In this document: positions 45,480 to 55,249 of the stretch, piece by piece
Layout: every line of letters starts with the position of its first letter
How positions within the stretch are numbered: position 1 is the first letter of the stretch
Source: an uncultured delta proteobacterium
GTDB lineage: Bacteria; Desulfobacterota; WTBG01; CAIYCZ01; CAIRTM01
Direction: 5' to 3'
Assembly (NCBI GenBank): GCA_903911225.1
Contig: CAIWCT010000037.1
Span: 2,450 to 66,449 of the forward strand
Length of the DNA: 64,000 bases
Made by a program: the position numbers and the translations under genes
The notes under the pieces: generated by a model
What the model saw: only the letters and a program-made list of their open reading frames with translations
What the model was told of the DNA's origin: nothing
Databases searched by the model: none

Positions 45480-47282
45480 ATGAAATTCCCCGCATGGTTG
45501 ACAAATCGGTTGCAGACGGATTTTACTCCGAGAGGGTTCTTCGTGCGGGTGGCGATGGACCTGTTTTTGAGCAACCTTGGGTTGTTCCTGGGGATGCTCA
45601 CCACGGTTGGGATTCGGGTTCTTACCTGGACATCGACGTCGCAGGCTTATTTTCATGATATGTTTATTCATGTCTGGTTGGCAAACGCCCCTATGCTAAC
45701 GGCCTGTTGCTTTTTCGCCTATGCTATTAACGGGCTTTACCTGGCCTCCCGGAACAAGCCTTATATAGATCGGATTTTCGGAGTCCTCAAGGCGGTGGGC
45801 ACGGCTTTTTTTCTATTTTCCCTGAGCATGTACCTAATGAAAACCTTCATGCCCCTCAGTACGATTTTGTCGGCGTGGTTTTTCATTTTTGTGCTGATTC
45901 TCGCCAACCGGTTGTTTTTGATAGCCTTTTTTAGACAGTATTATCTCATCCATGCCGAAGGCTACGATCCCCGGATCGAGCAGATTGTCCGCGAGCTGAC
46001 GCTGATCTCCCACCAGGATGGCTGGCTTCCTCCTGAAAGTCTGCCCCCGAAGGCCGCCTGGCCGCATTTTGATGATGACGAAGTCTTCGCCGCTGCCGCT
46101 GTTTTGAAGTCCGGCAAAATCAACCAGTGGACTGGCAAAGAAGTGGAGAAGTTTCAGGAGGAATTTGCCGTCTTCTGCGGAGTCCGGCATGCCATCGCTC
46201 TGACGAACGGGTCGGTGGCGCTGGAGTTGGCGCTCCAGGTTCTGGGCATCGGTCAGGGGGATGAAGTGATCGTCACCCCGAGAACTTTTATCGCTTCGGC
46301 GGCCTGTGTGGCGCTGCAGGGGGCGAAAACGGTTTTTGCCGACGTTGATCCGGAGAGCCAGAATATTACCGCCGAATCAATCCGGAACTTGATAACATCC
46401 CGGACACGGGCGATTATCACCGTGCATCTGGCTGGTTGGCCGTGCGACATGGACCCGATCATGGAGGTTGCGGGGCAATATGGTCTGAAGGTGATCGAGG
46501 ATTGTGCACAGTGCCATGGAGCCGTCTATTATAGTCGGATGCCGGTGCCGGTGAAGTCTGCGCACGTGGGCGCGCCCATCGAACGGGGAGGCGTTCGCCT
46601 CTATCCGCGCATGACGGGCAGCATGGGACATCTGGCGGCCTTTTCTTTCTGCCAGGACAAGATCATGACAACGGGCGGCGAAGGGGGCATGCTCTTGACG
46701 GATGATGACGCCCTCTGGGAAAAGGCCTGGGCGTTCAAGGACCACGGGAAAAGCTATGATGCAGTCTATCGACGTGAGCATCAGCCCGGATTCCGGTGGC
46801 TGCATGAATCCTTCGGAACGAACTGGCGGATGACGGAGATGCAGGCGGCGATCGGCCGGCGGCAGTTAAAGAAGCTGCCGGACTGGGTGGCTTCCCGGCA
46901 GCGCAACGCGGCAATCCTGACAGAGTCGTTTGCGAGGATTGCGGGGCTGCGGGTAACGGTGCCGCCTGAGAATGTCCTGCACGCCTATTATAAGTACTAT
47001 GTTTTTGTTCGGCCGGAGCGGCTGAAGGCGGGATGGGACCGGAACCGGATTATGAACGCCGTGACGGTCGAGGGCGCGCCCTGCTTCAGCGGGAGCTGCA
47101 GCGAAGTGTATCAGGAAAAGGCCTTTGACGGCAACGGCCTGCGTCCTGCCCAGCGTCTGCCCGTGGCACGTGAGCTTGGGGAGACTAGCCTGATGTTCTT
47201 GGTCCATCCGACCCTGACGGAGAGAGATATGAGAAAAATAGCAGCTATCGTCGAGAAGGTTATGGCCGACGCGAGCCGATAG
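45480..47282 (+). CDS. Fusion protein: N-terminal 4-TM domain (PglF/CapD/WbpM-type anchor) + DegT-family aminotransferase
   Basis: Residues 1-160 form 4 hydrophobic helices resembling the membrane domain normally attached to 4,6-dehydratases. Residues from about 190: LKSGKINQWTGKEVEKFQEEFAVFCGVRHAIALTNGSVALELAL, VIEDCAQCHGA, FSFCQDKIMTTGGEGGML. Confidence 0.7.
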   Translation: MKFPAWLTNRLQTDFTPRGFFVRVAMDLFLSNLGLFLGMLTTVGIRVLTWTSTSQAYFHDMFIHVWLANAPMLTACCFFAYAINGLYLASRNKPYIDRIFGVLKAVGTAFFLFSLSMYLMKTFMPLSTILSAWFFIFVLILANRLFLIAFFRQYYLIHAEGYDPRIEQIVRELTLISHQDGWLPPESLPPKAAWPHFDDDEVFAAAAVLKSGKINQWTGKEVEKFQEEFAVFCGVRHAIALTNGSVALELALQVLGIGQGDEVIVTPRTFIASAACVALQGAKTVFADVDPESQNITAESIRNLITSRTRAIITVHLAGWPCDMDPIMEVAGQYGLKVIEDCAQCHGAVYYSRMPVPVKSAHVGAPIERGGVRLYPRMTGSMGHLAAFSFCQDKIMTTGGEGGMLLTDDDALWEKAWAFKDHGKSYDAVYRREHQPGFRWLHESFGTNWRMTEMQAAIGRRQLKKLPDWVASRQRNAAILTESFARIAGLRVTVPPENVLHAYYKYYVFVRPERLKAGWDRNRIMNAVTVEGAPCFSGSCSEVYQEKAFDGNGLRPAQRLPVARELGETSLMFLVHPTLTERDMRKIAAIVEKVMADASR

Positions 47283-47435
47283 CGGTTGAAAAATCGATTG
47301 CTTTATGATTTGACCTGCACGTTGTCCCTAGGTTTTTTTATCCACCGATGTCTTCATCGTCACTTTCTCTCTTTAGCGCCCCTTTCTCACGCACTTCAAT
47401 GTTAATTGCTTAAATGACAATGCCTTATTTTCTTT

Positions 47436-47464
47436 TTGACAATGACGCATATTTTGTATATAAA
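47436..47464 (+). promoter_or_regulatory. Sigma-70-like promoter for tRNA-Ala
   Basis: TTGACA (47436-47441), a 17-nt spacer, then TATAAA (47459-47464), about 25 nt before the tRNA 5' end. Confidence 0.55.
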
Positions 47465-47488
47465 GATAAGACATAAAAAGACCTCCGT

Positions 47489-47561
47489 GGGGCTGTAGCT
47501 CAGCTGGGAGAGCGCTTGAATGGCATTCAAGAGGCCGACGGTTCGATCCCGTTCAGCTCCA
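47489..47561 (+). tRNA. tRNA-Ala (anticodon GGC)
   Basis: Cloverleaf read by eye. Acceptor GGGGCTG/CAGCTCC with the G3:U70 alanine identity pair. D-arm GCTCAGCTGGGAGAGC. Anticodon stem CTTGA/TCAAG with loop ATGGCAT. T-arm with TTCGATC. No encoded CCA. Confidence 0.9.
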
Positions 47562-47595
47562 CTTTTTAAGAATCCAGCGACATGCTGGGAAGTAT

Positions 47596-47624
47596 AAAAG
47601 CCCCTGATTTTTCAGGTGCTTTTG
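47596..47624. terminator. Bidirectional intrinsic terminator candidate (serving tRNA-Ala and the minus-strand operon)
   Basis: aaaAGCcCCTGA-tttt-TCAGGtGCTttt: a 9-bp stem with one mismatch, flanked by an A-run and a T-run. Confidence 0.55.
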
Positions 47625-47714
47625 TATAAATGTATTCCGCTTCTTTCATCTCATTTCCCCATTATGGCATGATGCCCTCAGTGTCGGATGTCCAGCCACC
47701 CCCTCTGCGTGAAT

Positions 47715-48488
47715 TTATCTGTATTCTATCCCGACAAGCTCTGCTGTGAAACTGCCAACCGCCACCTCGCTTTTAATCATAACCGGCAGTCTTTGCTTGT
47801 CGGTCGTAACCCATATCTGCAGTTTGGCATTAGGATTTTTTTCAAACACCCCGCCAAGCTTCCCAAGCTCCGGCTCTACCAGGTAGGTATCATATTCCCG
47901 GCCCGCCACCTGCACCTTTTGTCGTGAGCGCACATGCGCTTTGCCGATGACACAAACTTTCCCATCGGAGACAGGCCGTGAAATTTCCATATTTTCTTTT
48001 AGCTCATGCGTGCGGAAAAAATAAAAAATTGACAGCGGATCAAAGGCGCCGGGCATAAGAGTCACCGGCGCTTTTTTTTTGCCCTTCTTGCTGTAGATCA
48101 CCGTCTGCTTTTGCCAGTCGAACGCGATTTCCACATCCTTTATTTTTCGCGTTTGTTTTTTCTCCTTATACTGCAGCGCATGATTCATTGCAGCATCGGC
48201 ATAGGAGTCAATGCGATCATGGACCGGGTAGATATTTTCAACCAGCGGAGAAGTTGCAGCCGTCATGGCAAAATGTAAGGCTGGCGTGCCGCTTAATTTT
48301 TCCATCGGCAGAATTTCAAGTGTCACATCCGCAGCCTCTATCATGGCCCAGTACACCTTATACTGCAGCTTCTCTCCCGGCCGCAATGGTGTGTTTTCGG
48401 AAGCTATAGCTATAGATGCTTCCCCCATCAGCAGGAGTAAGCTAACAACAAAAATAGTCCATATCAAGTGCCGCTGCATAGAGCGCAT
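47715..48488 (-). CDS. DUF3108 domain protein (secreted)
   Basis: Signal peptide WTIFVVSLLLLMGEASIAIA. GEKLQYKVYWAMIEAADVTLEI and the C-terminal KLQIWVTTDKQRLPVMIKSEVAVGSFTAELV resemble DUF3108. Confidence 0.55.
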   Translation of the reverse strand: MRSMQRHLIWTIFVVSLLLLMGEASIAIASENTPLRPGEKLQYKVYWAMIEAADVTLEILPMEKLSGTPALHFAMTAATSPLVENIYPVHDRIDSYADAAMNHALQYKEKKQTRKIKDVEIAFDWQKQTVIYSKKGKKKAPVTLMPGAFDPLSIFYFFRTHELKENMEISRPVSDGKVCVIGKAHVRSRQKVQVAGREYDTYLVEPELGKLGGVFEKNPNAKLQIWVTTDKQRLPVMIKSEVAVGSFTAELVGIEYR

Positions 48489-48493
48489 TCATA

Positions 48494-49105
48494 TCACCTT
48501 TTCTGCCCGGGATTTTTTCTTTTTTTTGCCGCAGGGCGCTTCTCAACAGACCAGCCGAATTTCCCGAGCAGTTTGCCCAGCTTAAAATAGTTGCCATGCA
48601 GGTAGCAGATCGGCCCCGCCTCTGCGAGCTTAAACGCACCGGTTGCAGTGTTGATGAGACTTTCATCGGCATTGATTGCCACAACCTCGGCAAGAAACAT
48701 ATCATGGGAGCCCAGGGGCCTTATGTCGATCACCCTGCACTCGATGTTGAGGGGCGACTCCTTGATAAGAGGGGCTTTTACCTTTTGTGCCGGCGCGGGC
48801 GTGAGGCCCATTTCCTTAAACTTGTCGAAATCGCGGCCCGACTTCACGCCGCACCAGTCCGTGGCGCGGGCAAGGGCAACGGTTGTGAGGTTGATGACGA
48901 ACTCGCCTGTCTTCTTGATGATGTCGTGGGAGTACCGCTCGGGCCGGATCGAAATGGTACACATAGGCGGGTCTGAGCAGACCGTGCCGGTCCAGGCGAT
49001 GGTGATTATATTATAGCCGGTCTGCAGGTTGCCGCAGCTGACCATAACAGTCGGTGCCGGATAGATCATGGTGCCGGGCTTCCAGGCGACTTTATTATTC
49101 ATCAT
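48494..49105 (-). CDS. Flavin reductase-like (FMN-binding split-barrel) protein
   Basis: YPAPTVMVSCG...YNIITIAWTGTVCSDPPMCTISIRPERYSHDIIKKTGEFVINL. Lys-rich C-terminal tail. The start overlaps the response-regulator stop. Confidence 0.75.
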   Translation of the reverse strand: MMNNKVAWKPGTMIYPAPTVMVSCGNLQTGYNIITIAWTGTVCSDPPMCTISIRPERYSHDIIKKTGEFVINLTTVALARATDWCGVKSGRDFDKFKEMGLTPAPAQKVKAPLIKESPLNIECRVIDIRPLGSHDMFLAEVVAINADESLINTATGAFKLAEAGPICYLHGNYFKLGKLLGKFGWSVEKRPAAKKRKNPGQKR

Positions 49106-50483
49106 ACAGTTTTTTCCTCCGGTGCCGGAATGTATAGTAATTGAGATTTAAAAGCCGCGCGGCTTCGCTTTCTTTCCCCCCGGACAAGCTCAGGGCATCG
49201 TCAAAGTAATTCTTTTCTATGGCCTTGAGCGCAGCAGGAAGGTCAAAGCCGGATGACGTTAAGGTTGGCACGCCGGAAACAGAAGCAGGCGCTAAAGACG
49301 GCGTTTTTGCCTGGGGGGTTTCCTGCAGAATATTTTCCAGCGCAAGCAGCGGCCCGCGACCGATGAGCACGCCCCGCTCGATCACATTGCGCAGCTCACG
49401 AACATTGCCCTTCCAGTCGCGGTTGAGCAGCGCATGCTCGGCATCCGGCGCGATGCCGTTAAACTGTTTGCCGAACTTAGAGCTGAACCCGATCATGAAA
49501 TGACGCGCTATGGGCAGTATGTCCTCCGGCCGCGTACTCAGGCGCGGGACATCGACCTTAATGACGGCAAGGCGGTAGTACAGGTCGCGGCGGAACCGGT
49601 CGGCCTCAATCATCTGTTCGATGTCGCGATTGGTGGCCGAAATAACGCGGGTCTTCACGTGCTGCTTTTGCGTGCCGCCCACGCGGTAATATTCGCCCTC
49701 CTCAAGAAAGCGAAGCAGCTTTGCCTGCGCATCGAGGCTCAGGTCTCCCACCTCGTCCAGAAACAAGGTGCCGCCGGCCGCCTCCTCCACAAGGCCCCGC
49801 TTGCCCTTTTCATGGGCGCCGCTGAAAGCGCCTTTCTCATAGCCGAAAAGCTCGCTTTCGATCAGCTCCTTCGGGATGGCAGCGCAGTTGAGCGTAATGA
49901 ACGGCCCCTTGAAATTCGGGCTTTTATAGTGAATGGCGGCAGCCACCAGCTCCTTGCCCGTGCCTGTTTCCCCGCAGATGAGCACCGGCGTATCGGGGCT
50001 GCGGGCCACAAGGTTGATAAATTCCATAACGCTTTGAATCGACTGGCTTTCACCGATGAAGCAGGGAATGTTCTCTTCAAGGTAGCGCTCCTGCAAACGC
50101 TGCACTTCCTTGCGCAGGCGCACGGTCTCAAGTGCATTGCAGATGGTGATCAGCAGGGCTTCTATATGCACGGGCTTGACGATATAGTCATAGGCCCCGA
50201 GCTTCATGGCCGACACCACGGTTGCGATATCCTCAAAAGCCGTGATCATGATGACCACGGTCTCGGGGCGCAGCTTTTTTATTTCCTGCAGTGCCTCGAT
50301 TCCGTTCATGCCCGGAAGGCCGATATCAAGAAGAATGAGATCGGGCGCCTGTGTCTTCAAGGCATCAAGCGTTTTTTCCGCATCTGCAAAGCCCTTCACG
50401 CAGTAGTCTTTCTCCAGCGCCAGCGCTATGCCATTGCGAGCTGTTTCCTCATCGTCGACAACAAAAAGAGTGTAGGTTAGCAT
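49095..50483 (-). CDS. Sigma-54-dependent response regulator (NtrC/Fis family)
   Basis: REC domain (FVVDDEE...DLILLDIGLPGMNG). AAA+ Walker A GETGTGKE. GAFSGA loop. ESELFGYEKGAFSGA. C-terminal HTH. Confidence 0.9.
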   Translation of the reverse strand: MLTYTLFVVDDEETARNGIALALEKDYCVKGFADAEKTLDALKTQAPDLILLDIGLPGMNGIEALQEIKKLRPETVVIMITAFEDIATVVSAMKLGAYDYIVKPVHIEALLITICNALETVRLRKEVQRLQERYLEENIPCFIGESQSIQSVMEFINLVARSPDTPVLICGETGTGKELVAAAIHYKSPNFKGPFITLNCAAIPKELIESELFGYEKGAFSGAHEKGKRGLVEEAAGGTLFLDEVGDLSLDAQAKLLRFLEEGEYYRVGGTQKQHVKTRVISATNRDIEQMIEADRFRRDLYYRLAVIKVDVPRLSTRPEDILPIARHFMIGFSSKFGKQFNGIAPDAEHALLNRDWKGNVRELRNVIERGVLIGRGPLLALENILQETPQAKTPSLAPASVSGVPTLTSSGFDLPAALKAIEKNYFDDALSLSGGKESEAARLLNLNYYTFRHRRKKLYDE

Positions 50484-50493
50484 GTAGGTCTCG

Positions 50494-53130
50494 TTATTTT
50501 GAGTTTTTGTTTTTTGAGTTTGGGCCGGGATCAGCTACCGGCAGTTCGATGCGAAACTCGGCCCCGCCCCACCTGCTTGTTTCAGCGGTCAGCGTGCCCC
50601 GGTGATCGGTAATAATGCGCTGGCACAGGCTTAGGCCTATGCCAGAGCCGTCCGACTTTGTCGTGTAGAAAGGGTCAAATATCTTCGCCCGCTCCTTTGG
50701 CGGAATGCCCGGCCCGGAGTCGCCCACAGTCACCACGATGTGCCCATCACCGGAAGAAGAGCGAAGCTCAAGATTTTTCTCGCCCGTCATGGCATGCATG
50801 GCCTGCACGGCATTGGTGATTAAATTGAGCATAACCTGCTCAATCATCTGCAGATCGGCGCGGCACAGTTGCAGTCCTTCTGCAAGCTCCTGCTTCACGA
50901 TAATACCGTTTTTGCGCAACGTGGCGGCTGAAAGCTTAAGGGCCTCATCTATCGGCTGGTTCATGTTTATAAGCGAGAGCTTGGGCATGCCGGGTTTGGC
51001 AAAATCCATGACGCGGCGGATAACGCCCTCAATTTTGTTTGATGCCCCCTGTATCTCATCGGCAATGCTTAGCAGCAGGCTGCGCTCCTGAATGTCAGCA
51101 ACGCCTGCCTCGATGCCTTTTCTCAGCGAATACATATATGAGTTGATGCCGGTGAGCGGGTTTCTGATCTCATGGGCAATGCCTGCCGCGACGCGACCGA
51201 GAGACGCCATCTTTTCCTGCAGCCTCATGAGCTGCTCAAGTTCCATGCGCAGAGAAACATCCCGCACGATGGCAGTGAAAAATAAGCCGTCGCGCGAGCG
51301 CCATGCCGAACGGGAAATCTCCATGGGAAACTCGCTGCCGTCTTTGCGCAACCCCATCATTTCCTGCGGTTTTACATCCATTGACTGCAGCAGGGCATGT
51401 TCGTCCAGCGGCGTATACTGCGAGCGCTGGAGGTCGGGCACCAGCATGGAAGCATGCCTGCCCAGCACTTCATCTGCCGTGTAGCCGAAGATGGCTTCTG
51501 CAGCGCGGTTCCAGAAAACGATATGCGCGCTGCCGGTGACCGAAATGATGGCGTCGCTTGCGGTCTGCACGACGGAGCGGAACCGCTCCTCGCTGATCTC
51601 AAGAGACTCAAGCGTGCGGCTGTTGAGAAGCGCAACGGAGGCAAGCTCACTGAAAGCCGAGGCCATCCTGAGATCATTGTCGGTGAAGCCGCCGGGCTTG
51701 TTGGCAAGGGCAAGCAGGGCCAGCACCTCACCCCCGATGATGAGGGGCGCACACAGCATATTATCGATTGGCAGGTGGGGCCCGGACGACGCAAAAGGCC
51801 CGACCGGAAGGGGGTTATTGCAGTAGCGCGGAGCACGGGCTTCAAATGACTCTCGATACAAACCGGCAAGGGGCATGCTCCCGCTGGACACAGCCCCCTC
51901 GGGAAGAATTATAGCGCCGTAGCGCAGCAGATTGTCTTTGCCGGCTTCCCGCACGATATGGGCTATGAATCCGGCAGCAGCGCCGGCAAGCTGTATGCAG
52001 ATGGCGAGAATCGACTGAGAGGCCCCTGCAAAGTCGTGATAGGACAGCACGGCCCGGGCGGCCTTCAGAAGCGCAGCGGTTTCAGCGCCGCTTCGCTCGG
52101 ACTCCTGCAGGGCGATGCGCAGGGCCGCCTCTGCATTTTTTCGCACCCCGACTTCCTGCGTCAGTTCCTGCTGCTGCGTGAAAAAGTTCAGGACCAGCCG
52201 GGCAAGGTTGCCGAACTCGGATGTCGAGGCGGTCAGAGGCCCTATAAGAAGGGGGTCATGCTGGTGCAGGCTTGCCGATATGCGCTTCAGGGGCAGATTA
52301 ACCCAGATAATCAGCAACACCGACAGCAGCAGTATGACCGCCGAAACAAACGCAATAAGCAATATAAGCTGGTTGCGCGAGGTGCGCTGCATTTCGCGGG
52401 CTATGGGCGCCTCGCTGCGCACCCGGATCTGTGCTATGGGCCGTTTGTCCCAGCCGTAAATGACGCGATAAAACCCGATAACGCCGCTTTTTTCTTCATA
52501 GGTAGTCTCCAGCGTTTCGCCGCCCGGCAGCGGCAGAATTTCAATTGTGCTTTCCGTGATGAGGGAAAGCTGCTGGATATAGTCGCGGTTCCACAGGCGA
52601 CCGGCAAACAGATACCCCTTGGGAGGCGAAGATCGTTCCGTGTCGGCGACAGGCTGTATCGGCGCACTTCGTACCTCCATGAGCCCCTGCTGCGTCATCA
52701 CAAAAAAATGGCAGAAATAGCTCATGGTAAACAGCTCTGGGGAAATAGCGCCCTGGCGAACCATGGCATCAAAGGCCTGCATTTCCGCCGGGCTTTCGAT
52801 GTATACAGGGCGGAAGGAGGCATCGTAGAGCCACAGAGCGCTCACATTGAAGCTCGGCATGAGGGCTGCGCTGACCAAGTGCCCGGCCGGTGTCCGGCCG
52901 GTAACGGCCGCAACTATGTCATCGCGGGTGCTAAAGTCGTAGGCGAACATCTCCAGTGTCGCCTCTTCAAGACGCAACACGCGGTCAAACAGCGTATTTT
53001 TTTCAAATATCTTATTGCGGATGAGCAGCAGCTCCCGCCGTGTTTCATGCTGCTGGAGCATGGCAAACCCTGCTATAAACAACAGGGTGATGGCGGCGAG
53101 CAGCACGGTAATGCGGGTCTGTGTCTTCAT
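50494..53130 (-). CDS. Sensor histidine kinase (periplasmic sensor, TM, GAF-like, PAS, HisKA, HATPase_c)
   Basis: Two TM helices flank a periplasmic domain of about 240 aa. H-box AHEIRNPLTGI. N-box LNLITNAVQA. DSGPGI. GSGIGLSLC. Confidence 0.9.
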   Translation of the reverse strand: MKTQTRITVLLAAITLLFIAGFAMLQQHETRRELLLIRNKIFEKNTLFDRVLRLEEATLEMFAYDFSTRDDIVAAVTGRTPAGHLVSAALMPSFNVSALWLYDASFRPVYIESPAEMQAFDAMVRQGAISPELFTMSYFCHFFVMTQQGLMEVRSAPIQPVADTERSSPPKGYLFAGRLWNRDYIQQLSLITESTIEILPLPGGETLETTYEEKSGVIGFYRVIYGWDKRPIAQIRVRSEAPIAREMQRTSRNQLILLIAFVSAVILLLSVLLIIWVNLPLKRISASLHQHDPLLIGPLTASTSEFGNLARLVLNFFTQQQELTQEVGVRKNAEAALRIALQESERSGAETAALLKAARAVLSYHDFAGASQSILAICIQLAGAAAGFIAHIVREAGKDNLLRYGAIILPEGAVSSGSMPLAGLYRESFEARAPRYCNNPLPVGPFASSGPHLPIDNMLCAPLIIGGEVLALLALANKPGGFTDNDLRMASAFSELASVALLNSRTLESLEISEERFRSVVQTASDAIISVTGSAHIVFWNRAAEAIFGYTADEVLGRHASMLVPDLQRSQYTPLDEHALLQSMDVKPQEMMGLRKDGSEFPMEISRSAWRSRDGLFFTAIVRDVSLRMELEQLMRLQEKMASLGRVAAGIAHEIRNPLTGINSYMYSLRKGIEAGVADIQERSLLLSIADEIQGASNKIEGVIRRVMDFAKPGMPKLSLINMNQPIDEALKLSAATLRKNGIIVKQELAEGLQLCRADLQMIEQVMLNLITNAVQAMHAMTGEKNLELRSSSGDGHIVVTVGDSGPGIPPKERAKIFDPFYTTKSDGSGIGLSLCQRIITDHRGTLTAETSRWGGAEFRIELPVADPGPNSKNKNSK

Positions 53131-53258
53131 GCGGGCATTTCTCGTATATCTATCTTATGCCGGCATTATACACGGAAGCCGCCGCAAAAAAATAGTTTCT
53201 TTTTTTTTAATTTATGGTAGCTTCTATTGTTATTTTATAAACTTGGAAGGAGATAGAC

Positions 53259-53615
53259 GTGTATTTTCTATTGACATCAACGGCTTATGCAATGGCGCCC
53301 GGCGCTGGCGCCGACGGTGGCCAGGGCAGCGGCTTGCAGGCCATCATTCCCCTGGTTCTAATGTTCGGCATTTTCTATTTTTTACTTATCAGGCCCCAGC
53401 AGAAAAAGGCCCGGGAACAGAAGGAAATGCTCAATGAACTGAAACGGGATGAGACTGTCGTCACCACAGGCGGCATCTACGGCAAAATCACCGGCGTGAC
53501 TGACACCATCATCACCCTTGAGATCGCCCCGAATGTGCGGATCAAGGTCACTAAAAGCAGCATCGCCGGCAAAGCCTCAACAGAGGGAAAGCCAGCTGAT
53601 GATAAAACCAAATAA
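53259..53615 (+). CDS. yajC: Preprotein translocase subunit YajC
   Basis: IPLVLMFGIFYFLLIRPQQKKAREQKEMLNELKRDETVVTTGGIYGKI. GGAG RBS. GTG start. Confidence 0.9.
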   Translation: MYFLLTSTAYAMAPGAGADGGQGSGLQAIIPLVLMFGIFYFLLIRPQQKKAREQKEMLNELKRDETVVTTGGIYGKITGVTDTIITLEIAPNVRIKVTKSSIAGKASTEGKPADDKTK

Positions 53616-53636
53616 AGCTATTCATAAGGAGTTTCT

Positions 53637-55235
53637 GTGATGCAGAGCATGAAATGGCGATCGCTACTGTATGCCGCAGTTATCGCTGTGGCGGTGGTGT
53701 ACCTGCTGCCGACATTTTTCAAAGTGCCGGCAGGATTGGCACCGTACCTGCCCAAAGACAAAATTTCGCTGGGCCTTGACCTTCAGGGAGGTATGCACCT
53801 GGCCATTGAAGTAGACACGGACAAGGCTATCGAGAATAATCTTGACCGCTACGCCTCCGATCTTGAAGAATTACTCTATAATGAGAAGATACCGTTTGAT
53901 TCCATCAAGCGCGTCAGCAGCACCGCCATTGAGGCGAAAATAACCGAAGCCGACGCCCGGGAAAAAGTGCGGCAGCTGCTGCAGAAAAGTTTCCCCATGC
54001 TCAAAGAGCAGAAGCTTGATGAAAGCAAAGACGGGGTGACGTTTACCCTGATGGTTGATGCCCTTGAAGCAAAACAGCTTAAAAAGACGGCAACCGAGCA
54101 GGCGCTTGAAACCATCCGTAACCGCATTGACCAGTTCGGCGTGGCAGAGCCCACCATCCAGCTGCAGGGCGCAGACCAGATCGTCATTCAGCTGCCCGGC
54201 ATCTCAGATCCCAAGCGCGCCATCGATCTCATCGGCAAAACCGCGCTCCTTGAGTTCAAGCTTGTTGCTGAGGGCGTAAGCGTTGAGGATGCCCTGAAGG
54301 GCGACATTCCGGCAGACTGCGAGCTTCTGTATGAGCGCAATGTCAATCCCAAGACCGGCGAGGTAAAAAAGACGCCGTATGTGTTAAAGAAAAAGACTTT
54401 GCTCACCGGCGACAGGCTGGTGAACGCAAAGGTGCAGATCGATTCACGCTTCAATGAGCCCTATGTTTCAATGGAATTCGATGCACGCGGCGCTAAAGCA
54501 TTCGAGCGCATAACGGAAAAAAATATCAAAAAACGCCTGGCCATCGTTCTGGACAATAATGTCTATTCCGCCCCGGTCATTCAGGACCGCATCGCTGGCG
54601 GCCATGCCCAGATAACAGGAAGATTCGGCATGGAAGAGGCCCGCGATCTGGCCATCGTGCTGAGGGCGGGCTCGCTTCCGGCACCGGTAAAAATTCTTGA
54701 AAAACGAGCCGTTGGCCCGTCGCTTGGTCTGGATTCGATCAAGCAGGGAATCACGGCGATGATCATCGGCAGCGTTGCAGTCATCCTGTTTATGCTTTTT
54801 TATTACCGTACACTGGGTCTTGTTGCGGATTTTGCGATGCTGCTCAATATTCTGCTGCTGCTGGCTGCCCTTGCGGCTTTCGGCGCCACGCTCACCGTGC
54901 CCGGCCTTGCCGGTATCGTGCTCACCATCGGCATGGCCGTTGACGCCAACGTGCTGATACACGAACGCATGCGCGAGGAAAAGCGCCTTGGTAAGACGCT
55001 CAAGGCCTGCATAGACACGGGCTATTCCCGGGCGTTCATGACCATTCTGGACACGCATATCACCACGATCATTTCCGCCATTTTCCTTTTTCAGTTCGGA
55101 ACAGGCCCGGTCAAAGGATTTGCCATAACGTTGATTATCGGTCTTGTGGCCAATGTGTTTACCTCATTTGCCGTAACGCGGGTGATCATCGATTTCCTCA
55201 TGTCTAAAAAGGCTATTACAACGTTAAGCATATAG
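53637..55235 (+). CDS. secD: Protein translocase subunit SecD
   Basis: LGLDLQGGMHL. IRNRIDQFGVAEPTIQ. VLDNNVYSAPVIQDRIAGGHAQITG. C-terminal 5 TM helices. Confidence 0.95.
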   Translation: MMQSMKWRSLLYAAVIAVAVVYLLPTFFKVPAGLAPYLPKDKISLGLDLQGGMHLAIEVDTDKAIENNLDRYASDLEELLYNEKIPFDSIKRVSSTAIEAKITEADAREKVRQLLQKSFPMLKEQKLDESKDGVTFTLMVDALEAKQLKKTATEQALETIRNRIDQFGVAEPTIQLQGADQIVIQLPGISDPKRAIDLIGKTALLEFKLVAEGVSVEDALKGDIPADCELLYERNVNPKTGEVKKTPYVLKKKTLLTGDRLVNAKVQIDSRFNEPYVSMEFDARGAKAFERITEKNIKKRLAIVLDNNVYSAPVIQDRIAGGHAQITGRFGMEEARDLAIVLRAGSLPAPVKILEKRAVGPSLGLDSIKQGITAMIIGSVAVILFMLFYYRTLGLVADFAMLLNILLLLAALAAFGATLTVPGLAGIVLTIGMAVDANVLIHERMREEKRLGKTLKACIDTGYSRAFMTILDTHITTIISAIFLFQFGTGPVKGFAITLIIGLVANVFTSFAVTRVIIDFLMSKKAITTLSI

Positions 55236-55249
55236 AGAGGGACGCACTC

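Noticed and set aside
49434-50480. 348-aa plus-strand ORF
   Set aside because: It is entirely antisense to the sigma-54 response-regulator gene, whose motifs are unambiguous. The translation is Arg/Ala/His-rich low-complexity sequence typical of a shadow ORF.
51958-53220. 420-aa plus-strand ORF
   Set aside because: It is antisense to the histidine-kinase gene. It has no recognisable motifs and a shadow-ORF composition.
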